Shown here one piece after another: positions 16,613-25,125 of a stretch of DNA of 25,125 nucleotides. The DNA is from Rhodobacterales bacterium UBA3077 (lineage in GTDB: Bacteria > Pseudomonadota > Alphaproteobacteria > Rhodobacterales > Rhodobacteraceae): NCBI GenBank assembly GCA_002366685.1, contig DFBP01000113.1, positions 1-25,125 of the forward strand, given 5' to 3'. The translations under genes were made by a program, and so were the position numbers. The notes under the pieces were generated by a model. The model did not search any database, had not been told where the DNA came from, and saw only the letters and a list, made by a program, of their open reading frames with translations. Numbering within the stretch: position 1 is the stretch's first letter; each line of letters opens with the position of its first letter.

Positions 16613-17779
16613 CTAAAGCGTGACAGGTCCAAACCCCCTTGCATGGCGGGCTTCCCTGAATTTCGGACCAGTATCTACGCTTAAATGGCCAAGGTCCTGC
16701 AAAAGATGCAGAGCTTCCAACTTGTCTTCAATTTCACTCTTTTTACCCGCCAAAGCTTCCGCTAAATGGGCCGATAGAGCTTCTGTTGCTGTATTGGCAA
16801 TCGAAACACTTAGCGATGCCATAGAGTCTTGCGCTTTTGGGGGTTTGTCAGCAGTAAGGATAAGACGGGAAAAGTAGAGTGATTTGACAGGAAAGTCCGT
16901 TTCGCCCTTAACTTCATTCTTTGCCACGTTCCAGTTAAATGACTGCGAAAACTTTAAACCGTTCTCGCTATGGCAGCTTGTATTTTTCTTCGCATTCTCA
17001 AAATCAAAGGAACGGTGAGCGAAGTGTTTTCTAACAATATCAGCATGGCAAAAATCATGTTCTGCTTCGCGATACCAGCCCGCGAGATAATAGGTCGTCT
17101 CTACCCCCTCAATAGGAGGTTTAGGGTCTTTAAAGCCGAAAACACTTTGACAATTCTGGTAATACGCCGAGAAGGTCGGCTCGCCATAGCCCAGTGCCGT
17201 AAGCGAATAGTCGGTGACCTGCTTTAGGTGTTCATGAGGCTTGTCTAACCAGTCCCAATGTGCCTCATCCAGACAGCGGCCCATATATCTAAAAGGGGGC
17301 TCTCTAGGGCCAGCATTCTCATACCCGATCGGATAGCACACCGCGCCTGAAGTTGCGCCTTCTCCAGGAGGGTAGACATAGTCACTTTCAACCAAATACG
17401 AGGTGCCAACTGTATCATCACCATCGTATCGGGTGATGAGCCACATGTTTGGAACCGCAGGAAACGCAAAACCTTTGGTTTTTTCGGAGTGAGCTTCCAA
17501 GTCTTTGTCTTTTTTGGATCGAACATCCAAGCTCTGCGTCAGGGCATCTGGTAAAGCCCAGTGAAGGTGTACGCCCGGCGAAAGCTCTCCTGTATCGTCA
17601 AAGGGGGCGCTAACCAGCTCTTCACTGACAAATGCTGTTCCGCCATTTACATCGCGACTTCTATCAAAATATGGCAATTTGGAAAAATCGGCCATTGCGG
17701 GGCGGGACTTAAGCGTTGAATCAACCCTTAGCGCGTCCAACCGAACGGGTACCATTAGATGATTATCGGCTTCGCTCAT
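16613..17779 (-). pseudogene. Hypothetical protein, probably C-terminally truncated by the IS
   Basis: 388-aa ORF with motifs GVHLHWALPDAL, FPAVPNMWLITR and YLVESDY. Its last codons (GPVTL*) are encoded by the IS right end. Confidence 0.65.
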
Positions 17780-18150
17780 ATTTTCCTATAGATAATAAAA
17801 CTAAATAATTACTTAAACAATTCAAGTAAATAATCATCTATCCAAATATAAATCAACCGTATTTGTTTACGTCACATGACTTTTCCGCCTGGTCACTGTG
17901 ACAAATGCCTACCGCTACAGTCTATTTTAAGTAGTATTGGTCGGAAATTTATCTTGTTGTTTCTTTCGCCCCTTCTTCCAGCCAGAAAAGCAAAGTAGAA
18001 AACTCCAGTCAAAATGGTCCAGTTTACTGGGGGCAGAGCAAGACGCTTACTCAAATAGGCGAAAAACGAGGGAGCATCCCGATCCTCTATTTCCTCAAAA
18101 CAACCTCGAGCAATAGCGACCGCACGTGTCGGATTAATCTTGCATCGGAA

Positions 18151-19359
18151 TTACTGATGCCGAAGCGCGTCAATCGGGTCTAACCTCGCCGCGCGCCTTG
18201 CCGGAAAGTAGCCGAATACCACGCCGACCATTGCCGAGAATGCAAACGCGATCAAAATAATTTTCGGGTCCGGTGTGAAGGGAATTTTCAACACTACGGC
18301 TCCCAAAAAACCAAGCGCGAGGCCGAGCAAAATGCCGAGCAGGCCACCAATGACAGACAACACGATCGACTCAACGAGGAACTGCAGCAGCACCTGACCC
18401 TCGCTTGCGCCAACCGCGAGGCGGATACCGATTTCACGCGTTCTTTCGGTCACAGAGACAAGCATGATATTCATGATCCCAATACCGCCAACCAGCAGGC
18501 TAACGGCGGCGACCGCAGATAATAGCCCTGTTAAAACGTTGGTAATTCCCGTGAGCATCGAGGTGATCTGCTTCATATCCATAACCCCGAAATCGTCTTC
18601 TTCACCAAAATCTATATTGCGCCTATCCCGTAGCAGGTTTTCAATATCGACCGTCGCCTTTTCAGTTGTGAACGCGTCCCTTACCGAAGCATAAATCAGG
18701 TTAACATCACGATCACCGGCAATGCGCCTTTGGAAGGCGCGGATCGGAACCAATACGAGGTCATCCTGATCGGTGCCAAAGCTGGAAGCGCCTTTTTCTT
18801 CCATCACACCGATGATCCGGCACGAGACCTGCTTGAGGCGAATGAAGGTGTCAACCGGGTCACTATTACCAAAAAGCTCTTTCTTAACGGTTTCGCCAAT
18901 GATGCATACCATTGTGCCACTGCGCAATTCGCTCTCGTAAAAAGCACGCCCGCTGGCAACATTCCAGTCGCGCACATCCATGAACCGGTTGTCAGTGCCG
19001 GTCACCGTTGTTGCATAGTTATTGTTGCCAAATATGGCCGTCAGCATTCGGGTATTTGTCGGAGCTGATACCCGAATGCTGGCCAGTTCAGATTCAATGG
19101 CGTCGGAATCGGCAATTGTGAAGCTTGATGCACTGCCGCCAGTTCCCGGCCCTTGCTGTGTTGCTCCCGGCATGACCATCAACAGGTTGGTGCCGAGCGA
19201 GGCAACCTCTTCCTCGACCTGATCCGTAGACCCTTGCCCAACCGTAACCATGGCGATAACCGCAGCCACACCGATAACGATACCGAGCACGGTTAAAAAG
19301 GACCGTGTCGCATTTCGGAAAATTGCGTGAAGCGCCAGGCGGAAGGTTTCAAAAAACAT
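18151..19359 (-). CDS. MacB/FtsX-like ABC permease
   Basis: RSFLTVLGIVIGVAAVIAMV, GGIGIMNIMLVSVTERTREIGIRLAVGA and PARRAARLDPIDALR motifs. Confidence 0.93.
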   Translation of the reverse strand: MFFETFRLALHAIFRNATRSFLTVLGIVIGVAAVIAMVTVGQGSTDQVEEEVASLGTNLLMVMPGATQQGPGTGGSASSFTIADSDAIESELASIRVSAPTNTRMLTAIFGNNNYATTVTGTDNRFMDVRDWNVASGRAFYESELRSGTMVCIIGETVKKELFGNSDPVDTFIRLKQVSCRIIGVMEEKGASSFGTDQDDLVLVPIRAFQRRIAGDRDVNLIYASVRDAFTTEKATVDIENLLRDRRNIDFGEEDDFGVMDMKQITSMLTGITNVLTGLLSAVAAVSLLVGGIGIMNIMLVSVTERTREIGIRLAVGASEGQVLLQFLVESIVLSVIGGLLGILLGLALGFLGAVVLKIPFTPDPKIILIAFAFSAMVGVVFGYFPARRAARLDPIDALRHQ

Positions 19360-20101
19360 GTCTGCCCCGCACTTGGTTCGGAACGTCAGATTCAATGCGG
19401 CCATCAACAAAGTGGACGAGTCGGCTCGCGTATTCGGCCAGTTCTGGTTCGTGCGTGACCATCAAAACCGTGATGCCATCATTTTTGTTGAGGCTCTCAA
19501 GAATGTTCATGATCTCGACACTGCGAGCGGTATCAAGATTGCCGGTGGGTTCATCCGCCAACAAAATCGCAGGGCGGGTGACAATCGCCCGCGCGATAGC
19601 AACGCGCTGCTGCTGCCCACCCGATAGCTGTGAGGGCCCGTGCTTTTCCCGGCCTTTCAACCCGACTTTTTCCAAAGCCTCGTAGGATAACTTGCGGCGC
19701 TCGGATCGTGACATGCCCAAATAGATTAAGGGAAGCTCGACATTTTCCAGAGCCGAAGTCCGCGCCAGCAGGTTGTATCCCTGAAACACAAACCCTAAAT
19801 AATTTCGCCTGAGTAGGGCTCTTTGATCGCGGTCAAGGGTGCCCACTTCATTTCCGCTAAAAAGGTATTGGCCGCTGGTCGGGGAATCCAGACACCCGAC
19901 GATATTCATTGCTGTTGATTTGCCGGAACCGCTGGGCCCCATAATCGCCACGAATTCTCCGGCCAAGATTTTGAGGTCGATCCCCTGCAAAGCGCGGACT
20001 TCGCCCTCGCCCGCGCCGTAAATCTTGGTGATTTCCCGGAACTCGATAAGCTCCGTCGCTCGGTGCACACTTGTATCTTGAGGAGTCTCGCCGGGCATCA
20101 T
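19349..20101 (-). CDS. MacB/LolD-like ABC ATP-binding protein
   Basis: GPSGSGKS, LSGGQQQRVAIARA and ADEPTGNLD motifs; ATGA overlap with the upstream gene. Confidence 0.93.
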   Translation of the reverse strand: MMPGETPQDTSVHRATELIEFREITKIYGAGEGEVRALQGIDLKILAGEFVAIMGPSGSGKSTAMNIVGCLDSPTSGQYLFSGNEVGTLDRDQRALLRRNYLGFVFQGYNLLARTSALENVELPLIYLGMSRSERRKLSYEALEKVGLKGREKHGPSQLSGGQQQRVAIARAIVTRPAILLADEPTGNLDTARSVEIMNILESLNKNDGITVLMVTHEPELAEYASRLVHFVDGRIESDVPNQVRGRHVF

Positions 20102-21363
20102 TCAACAATTTCTATGTCAGTTATTACGGTGTCTCCAGGTGATATCTCCCCATCGAGAATCTCCGTTACAATACCGTCAGAGGCTCCAGGGCGGACCTTG
20201 ACGGAGGTTAATTCATCCTCGCGCATAACCCAGATGATCCTGCGCCCCTCGGCGTCCGGTTCGTTGCGTGTAGAGGGGGCGAAGGATGGTGCGCTGCTGA
20301 AAAGCACACCGAGAAGCCCGGAGCCGCTTTCCTCACCAACCGCCTCAACAACGGGCGGTGTAAACCTGAAAGCCGCATTCGATACGACCAGGGCTTCGGC
20401 TACATGAGAAACGAGGATTTCAGCCGTTGCGGTCATCCCCGGCAGTAAACGCATATCTGCGTTATCGACCCGTAAAATGGCTTTATAGGTGACGACACCT
20501 TCAATTGTTTGCGGTGAATACCGGATCTCGGATATTACCGCGTCAAAGCGCTCGCCCTGATAGGCTTCTACCGAAAAAGTTGCGGGATTTCCGACATCAA
20601 CGCTCCCGATATCCGCTTCGTCGATATCAACATGCAGGGCCATTTGCTCCAGATCTTCTGAAACGGAAAACAGCGGTGCGATCTGGATCGCTAACTGCAC
20701 GATCTGGCCAACGACCACGTCCATATCCAATATGACCCCGTCAATCGTCGAGCATATACAGGCCTTCGCCAAGTTTGCGTCAGCTGTGCGCAAACTGGCT
20801 TGGGCAATCCGAACTTCGGCCTTTGCCATATTCAGGGAGGCTTCCGCGCGCTGAAAACCGACCCGCGTTGTGGTTAATTGTTCCAGTGAAATAACACCGG
20901 TGGATTGAAGGCTAATTGCCCGCTCGTATTGCGTGCGCGATTCATCATAGGTTGCCTCGGCCTCGGCGACCCTTGCCTCGCGGATTGCCAGCGTTGCCTG
21001 CGCCTGTTCTAGGGTGACTTCAAGCTGGTCGGTGTTTAACCGCGCCAATACCTGCCCGGCCTCGACCTTGTCATTAAAATCGACCTCCACCGAAACAACC
21101 GTCCCGGAAAGTTCGCTGGAGATTTCGATGACCTCTAACGGTTCAACCGTTCCCGTTGCCGCGACAGTTACCCTGATGTCCGATATAAATGCCGGTTCCG
21201 AAACATACTTGTTTTCGGGAATCTCGGCACTTTGCCTTAGCACAAACCAGCCGACCGCACCGATAGCTGCCAGCACCAGCAACCAGCGGATAACCCGCAT
21301 CGTGCCGCTTCCATTTTTCTTGCTGGCGACAATCGACTCAATATCCATCTTTGGCGAAGGCAT
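20098..21363 (-). CDS. Efflux periplasmic adaptor subunit (MacA/HlyD-like)
   Basis: N-terminal TM, lipoyl-like half motifs (ISSELSGTVVSVEVDFNDKVEAGQVLARL), a coiled-coil hairpin and LLPGMTATA. AAGGA RBS. Confidence 0.9.
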   Translation of the reverse strand: MPSPKMDIESIVASKKNGSGTMRVIRWLLVLAAIGAVGWFVLRQSAEIPENKYVSEPAFISDIRVTVAATGTVEPLEVIEISSELSGTVVSVEVDFNDKVEAGQVLARLNTDQLEVTLEQAQATLAIREARVAEAEATYDESRTQYERAISLQSTGVISLEQLTTTRVGFQRAEASLNMAKAEVRIAQASLRTADANLAKACICSTIDGVILDMDVVVGQIVQLAIQIAPLFSVSEDLEQMALHVDIDEADIGSVDVGNPATFSVEAYQGERFDAVISEIRYSPQTIEGVVTYKAILRVDNADMRLLPGMTATAEILVSHVAEALVVSNAAFRFTPPVVEAVGEESGSGLLGVLFSSAPSFAPSTRNEPDAEGRRIIWVMREDELTSVKVRPGASDGIVTEILDGEISPGDTVITDIEIVE

Positions 21364-21389
21364 TCCGTGTTCCTTTTTTCCTGCACGGC

Positions 21390-21430
21390 ATTCTAACTTA
21401 GTTATTTGCCGTTGTAATGATCTGAATCAG
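21390..21430 (-). promoter_or_regulatory. Possible weak FNR/FixK-type promoter of the MacAB-like operon
   Basis: Minus: CTGAT-TCAG-ATCAT (21430-21417), 21 nt, then TAGAAT (21395-21390). The box has two mismatches to consensus. Confidence 0.35.
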
Positions 21431-21762
21431 AAGTCGCTATCTTATTGGAAAACCGGCTTTGGAGACCCAAAAACGTCAAAAGCATATATTTCCTAAAGGT
21501 CTGTCGCCTCAAAGCTCGGTATTTCTGTCTCCGGTTTGTTGACTTACGCACGTTTTCCGGAAACAACACAACCCAAAGCCCGGCACCAACCGTCCGGACC
21601 TGCGTCGTTAATGATGTCCCATCCAGAATTGCTCACGGCAATGCAGTTTGAAGGTTGCAAGATGAAAGCGCCGTTTCCAACTAAGCCGAATGTTCACTTG
21701 TGGCCTGACGATTATTTCATCTAGAGTTGAGCCAAGACGAAATCAACAAAGCGAGGCCAGAT

Positions 21763-23007
21763 ATGTCTACCCCCTTCGACAAAGAGCTTGAAGAACGGCT
21801 TGTCCGTTATGCGGCGATTGATAGCCAAAGCGACGAAGACTCCGCAGCTTCCCCAAGCACTGAGATCCAATATGATATCTTGCACCTTCTGAAACAGGAG
21901 CTGGAGGATATCGGGGCACAGGATGTTGAGCTCACGGAATATGGCGTTGTTCTGGCAACAATTCCGGGCACGGCACCTGGCCCGACAATTGGCTATTTGG
22001 CACATATTGATACCGCCCCCCAGTTTAACGCGACCGGCGTTACACCGCGCGTGATCAGGGGCTACAATGGCGGTGATATAACTTACCCGGACGCGCCGGA
22101 TCTGGTGCTTTCTCCTGAAGAATTTCCTTATCTGGCAGAAAAGGTCGGGCAGGATATTGTTACCGCATCTGGCACCACGCTGTTGGGGGCGGATGACAAG
22201 GCGGGCGTCGCCATTATTATGACGGCAGCGCGCTACATGATTGAAAATCCCGATATCGCACACGGCCCCATCCGCATTGCCTTTACCCCTGATGAAGAAA
22301 TCGGGCGCGGGGTGGATTCAAAACTGCCCGAAGCCCTAGCCGCCGATTTTGCCTATACTTTTGATGGCGCGGCAGTGGGGGAGATCGAATACGAAAGCTT
22401 CTCGGCCGATGGCGCTGTAGTCACCATCAAAGGTGTTTCAATTCATCCGGGGTTGGCGACAGGTAAAATGGTGAGCGCCATTCATTTGGCATCCAAAATC
22501 ATTTCCACACTGCCGCAAGCCACCATGACCCCCGACACTACAGCCGATCGTGAAGGCTTTATTCATGCCACCGAGATGGCAGGAGACGCAGCAGAGATGA
22601 AAATCAAGCTGATCCTCCGTGATTTCGAGCGCGATGGGCTAGCGGCCAAAGGCCGGTTGCTTGAGCAGGTGTGTGAGGCTGTGCAGGCTTCTGAACCGCG
22701 CGCGATTGTTACCTGTTCTATTAACCCTCAGTATCGCAATATGCGATATTGGCTTGAAACAGATATGGCGCCGGTTGACCTTGCGCGCGCAGCAGCAGCA
22801 AAGCTCGGAGTGGACCCTGTTTCTGTTCCGATCAGGGGCGGGACTGACGGATCACGGTTAACCGAAATGGGGGTCCCGACGCCAAACCTTTTCACCGGAA
22901 TGCAAAACATTCATGGCCCGCTCGAGTGGATATCCGTGCAGGACATGGCAAAAGCAACAGAATTGTGCCTCACCATTTCCGAACTTGCAACGCAGGAACC
23001 GGGATAG
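21763..23007 (+). CDS. pepT: Peptidase T (tripeptide aminopeptidase, M20B)
   Basis: AHIDTAP, TLLGADDKAG, FTPDEEIG, IRGGTDG and NLFTGMQNIHG motifs. GAGG before ATG 21763. Confidence 0.93.
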   Translation: MSTPFDKELEERLVRYAAIDSQSDEDSAASPSTEIQYDILHLLKQELEDIGAQDVELTEYGVVLATIPGTAPGPTIGYLAHIDTAPQFNATGVTPRVIRGYNGGDITYPDAPDLVLSPEEFPYLAEKVGQDIVTASGTTLLGADDKAGVAIIMTAARYMIENPDIAHGPIRIAFTPDEEIGRGVDSKLPEALAADFAYTFDGAAVGEIEYESFSADGAVVTIKGVSIHPGLATGKMVSAIHLASKIISTLPQATMTPDTTADREGFIHATEMAGDAAEMKIKLILRDFERDGLAAKGRLLEQVCEAVQASEPRAIVTCSINPQYRNMRYWLETDMAPVDLARAAAAKLGVDPVSVPIRGGTDGSRLTEMGVPTPNLFTGMQNIHGPLEWISVQDMAKATELCLTISELATQEPG

Positions 23008-23273
23008 GCATTTATGCAAACAAAGATCACATGGGTGGGTCATTTTCCGAAAATTCGCAATAGCCTTTGAGGAAAGCAATAATGGATTTGCAGGTAAGGT
23101 GGTTTTTGGCATCAAGTTTGACAACCCATGCCACGGAGTAAACACCGGATATTGGCGGTGCGTCTTGCGTGCGTTGGACAGCTGAAAGACTCAATTTAAA
23201 GGCGTAGAGATTGTGAGTTGAAACAGCCTAAGAGGCAGTGATCGGTCAGTTTTCTTTTGCCTGAAATTAAAAA

Positions 23274-23471
23274 ATGGACTTAAGAAAGTCGGTTCTATTG
23301 GTTGGGTTGGTTACGCCGCTAGTGTTTACAAGTGGGTGCGATTTGTTGATGGCGGAAGAAGAGGTTGTTGACCCGGTAACAGGTGAAGTGACCACGGTGC
23401 CGGTTGGGCCGCCGCGGCCAAGTGAACCGCGGGAACCGCGCGGCGGCGGTGGTGGCGGCAGTTGGGGTTAA
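23274..23471 (+). CDS. Small predicted lipoprotein with Pro/Gly-rich C-terminus
   Basis: Basic-hydrophobic signal ending in lipobox-like FTSG-C, then GPPRPSEPREPRGGGGGGSWG. Confidence 0.6.
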   Translation: MDLRKSVLLVGLVTPLVFTSGCDLLMAEEEVVDPVTGEVTTVPVGPPRPSEPREPRGGGGGGSWG

Positions 23472-23498
23472 AACCAAAATAACCTGAAAGGTCTTAAA

Positions 23499-25125
23499 AT
23501 GACTATCCAACCAAGCAGCTTTCGTTTCGGCGTGGCGCTGGCTGCAGCGACCTGTTTTCCTTTGATTACGGAAGCTCAGACTTTGGTCCGGGGCTCAGGG
23601 GTGCTTGGTTTGCCGGAAATGCAGATTGACCTTTCGACGCGGGCCGCTGAACGCTACGCAATCGTGATCGGCAACGGGGATTACGAGTCGGCTTCCGGCC
23701 TGAAGAACGCCAATGCCGATGCGGCGCTGATGGCCAGCTTCTTGCGCGATCAGGGTTACGAAGTTATCGAGCGACACAACCTCACCAAACTCGGGTTCGA
23801 GGAATTGTTGCGCCGGGTTTTGTTTGACGTCTCCAAGCAAAGCGAAGTCATTTTCTATTATGCGGGCCATGGTCTGCAAATCGGAACCGGCAACTATATT
23901 GTTCCTGTCGATGCCAACCTTGATACCGCTTACGATGTGCCATTTGAAACGGTTTCATTGGAAAGCCTCGTTGCGATTATTGGCGCACGCGCACGGATGC
24001 AGCTCATCATTCTTGATAGCTGTCGCAACAACCCTTTTGAGGGACAGGTTTCTCTTTCAGGCGCCGGGAACGACCTTAGCGAAACCCGAAACGGGTTCTC
24101 AACCCTTTCGGCGCCGGTAAATTCGTTGCTTGCCTTTTCCACGTCACCCGGGGCACTGGCGCTCGACGGAGATGGCGACAATAGTCCATTTACGTCTGCC
24201 TTGATCGAGGCATCATCGTCCAAACCCGATGAATCGGTTTCCACTATTTTGGAAGAAGTCAGAAGGTTGGTTTACCAACGCACCAATGGCCAGCAGGTTC
24301 CTTGGGAGAGCTCAACCCTCGTCGAGCAGATTTCGTTCCAGCCAACCGAAGCGGTTTTGCTAAATACACAGGTAATGGAGATCGGGAGCGCCTCTAGAAC
24401 TTTGGCTTTTGTTGGCGATGTCCCAGAATTGCAGGAAGATAGGGTTACAACAGGCTCGGTAGATATCTCACTCCGCGCAACACTTAGCCCTGAAATTGAG
24501 ATCGGGACAGCGATACGGGAGGCGCTTGGCTTATCGGAAGATGAGTCGCTTTCGGTTGTTCGACAGCCTGTCGGAGGCCGGTTATCCTACCTTGAGTCAA
24601 ACGGCGCGCGCATTGCTTCCGATATGACGGGCGCGGCGAGCCGAGGGCTCGATCAGGTGCTCTATGCAAATACGATGCCTCAAACCAATGCTTCGATAGT
24701 AGATGGGGCTGTCCATACCGACGAATTTCGGGTCTTGGCAAATGGTGAGGAAAAAGTTGTCCGCATCGCACTTGAAGGCAATACCTGTGATATCGAAGCC
24801 GGAGACCATCTGGACCCCGAAGGCTCGGGCCTGACACGATACGCCAATGAAATCCGCCCCGAAATCGCGTTGCAAGCTTGCCAACAAGCGGTTGCTGACC
24901 ACCCCGATGTCGGACGGTTCTACTATCAACTAGGTCGCGCTTTTCGCGCCTTGCGTATGTTTGACGAGGCGCGTACTGCCTTTGAAAAAACACGAGACTT
25001 GGGGCACTCACGGGCTTGGGTGGCCATCGGAATGCGCCGGGCAATATTGGCCTCTTGTATGAACGCGGAGCTTTGGGCCGTTCCGGCGCCGCTGACAATG
25101 CCATGGAATGGTATGAACAAGGTAT
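23499..25125 (+). CDS. Secreted caspase-family (peptidase C14) protein with C-terminal TPR/Sel1-like repeats, partial
   Basis: Manual translation from ATG 23499 (AAAGGT RBS): signal peptide, YAIVIGNGDY, FYYAGHG (His at 23868), ILDSCRNNP (Cys at 24021), LLAFSTSPG, QQVPWESSTL, then GRFYYQLGRA. It is open to the edge, so missing from the ORF track. Confidence 0.88.
   Translation, partial: MTIQPSSFRFGVALAAATCFPLITEAQTLVRGSGVLGLPEMQIDLSTRAAERYAIVIGNGDYESASGLKNANADAALMASFLRDQGYEVIERHNLTKLGFEELLRRVLFDVSKQSEVIFYYAGHGLQIGTGNYIVPVDANLDTAYDVPFETVSLESLVAIIGARARMQLIILDSCRNNPFEGQVSLSGAGNDLSETRNGFSTLSAPVNSLLAFSTSPGALALDGDGDNSPFTSALIEASSSKPDESVSTILEEVRRLVYQRTNGQQVPWESSTLVEQISFQPTEAVLLNTQVMEIGSASRTLAFVGDVPELQEDRVTTGSVDISLRATLSPEIEIGTAIREALGLSEDESLSVVRQPVGGRLSYLESNGARIASDMTGAASRGLDQVLYANTMPQTNASIVDGAVHTDEFRVLANGEEKVVRIALEGNTCDIEAGDHLDPEGSGLTRYANEIRPEIALQACQQAVADHPDVGRFYYQLGRAFRALRMFDEARTAFEKTRDLGHSRAWVAIGMRRAILASCMNAELWAVPAPLTMPWNGMNKV

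Larger units (their letters stand above)
15251..16631 (+). mobile_element. Degenerate IS3-family element with non-matching ends, carrying four mini-element insertions
   Basis: Left end ...GTGCCCCTAGAATTGTAGACACC and right end ...GCACTAAAGCGTGACAGGTCCA. orfA and orfB are recognisable; the left boundary is +/- a few nt. Confidence 0.88.

Noticed and set aside
15245-16634. AAC on both sides of the right-hand IS as a target-site duplication
   Set aside because: It is only 3 nt and needs a shifted left boundary. The IS ends do not match and the two flanks belong to unrelated genes, so chance is likely.
17871-17902. Two short GTCAC-containing palindromes upstream of the truncated hypothetical gene
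   Set aside because: They are too short to distinguish from chance and I cannot assign a regulator.
22913-23185. 90-aa ORF overlapping the end of pepT
   Set aside because: It overlaps pepT in another frame and has no RBS or recognisable motif.
3633-25120. Numerous short antisense or alternate-frame ORFs in the track (e.g. 3633-3998, 6164-6667, 21721-22263, 24484-25104)
   Set aside because: They are shadows of well-supported genes on the other strand or frame, with no independent signals.

Overview
This is an accessory region, probably from an alphaproteobacterium (Rhodobacteraceae-like, inferred from IS and gene style). Left to right it contains: (i) an IS3-family element cut by the window edge, sitting inside the remnant of a second IS3; (ii) a stress/dormancy-type gene block (HPF/RaiA-cold-shock fusion, ATP-grasp protein divergent from a class II glutamine amidotransferase, M50 site-2 protease with CBS domains, Lon-like protease, alpha/beta hydrolase plus phosphoribosyltransferase, truncated DUF2267-like gene), where most units are preceded by an FNR/FixK-like box, several with a -10 hexamer at class II spacing; (iii) a BMP-family nucleoside-type ABC transporter; (iv) a degenerate, apparently chimeric IS3 flanked by two truncated genes; (v) a MacAB-like efflux system, pepT, a small Pro/Gly-rich lipoprotein and a secreted caspase-like protein running off the right edge. 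The most striking observation is a family of five 38-41 bp hairpin elements (CCCTCT...8-bp stem/3-nt loop...CTGCCGGGCAGTG). By eye, all five lie inside IS3 transposase reading frames and none elsewhere. They have no target duplication, each causes a frameshift, and their stems covary. They look like a miniature element that inserts into and inactivates insertion sequences.
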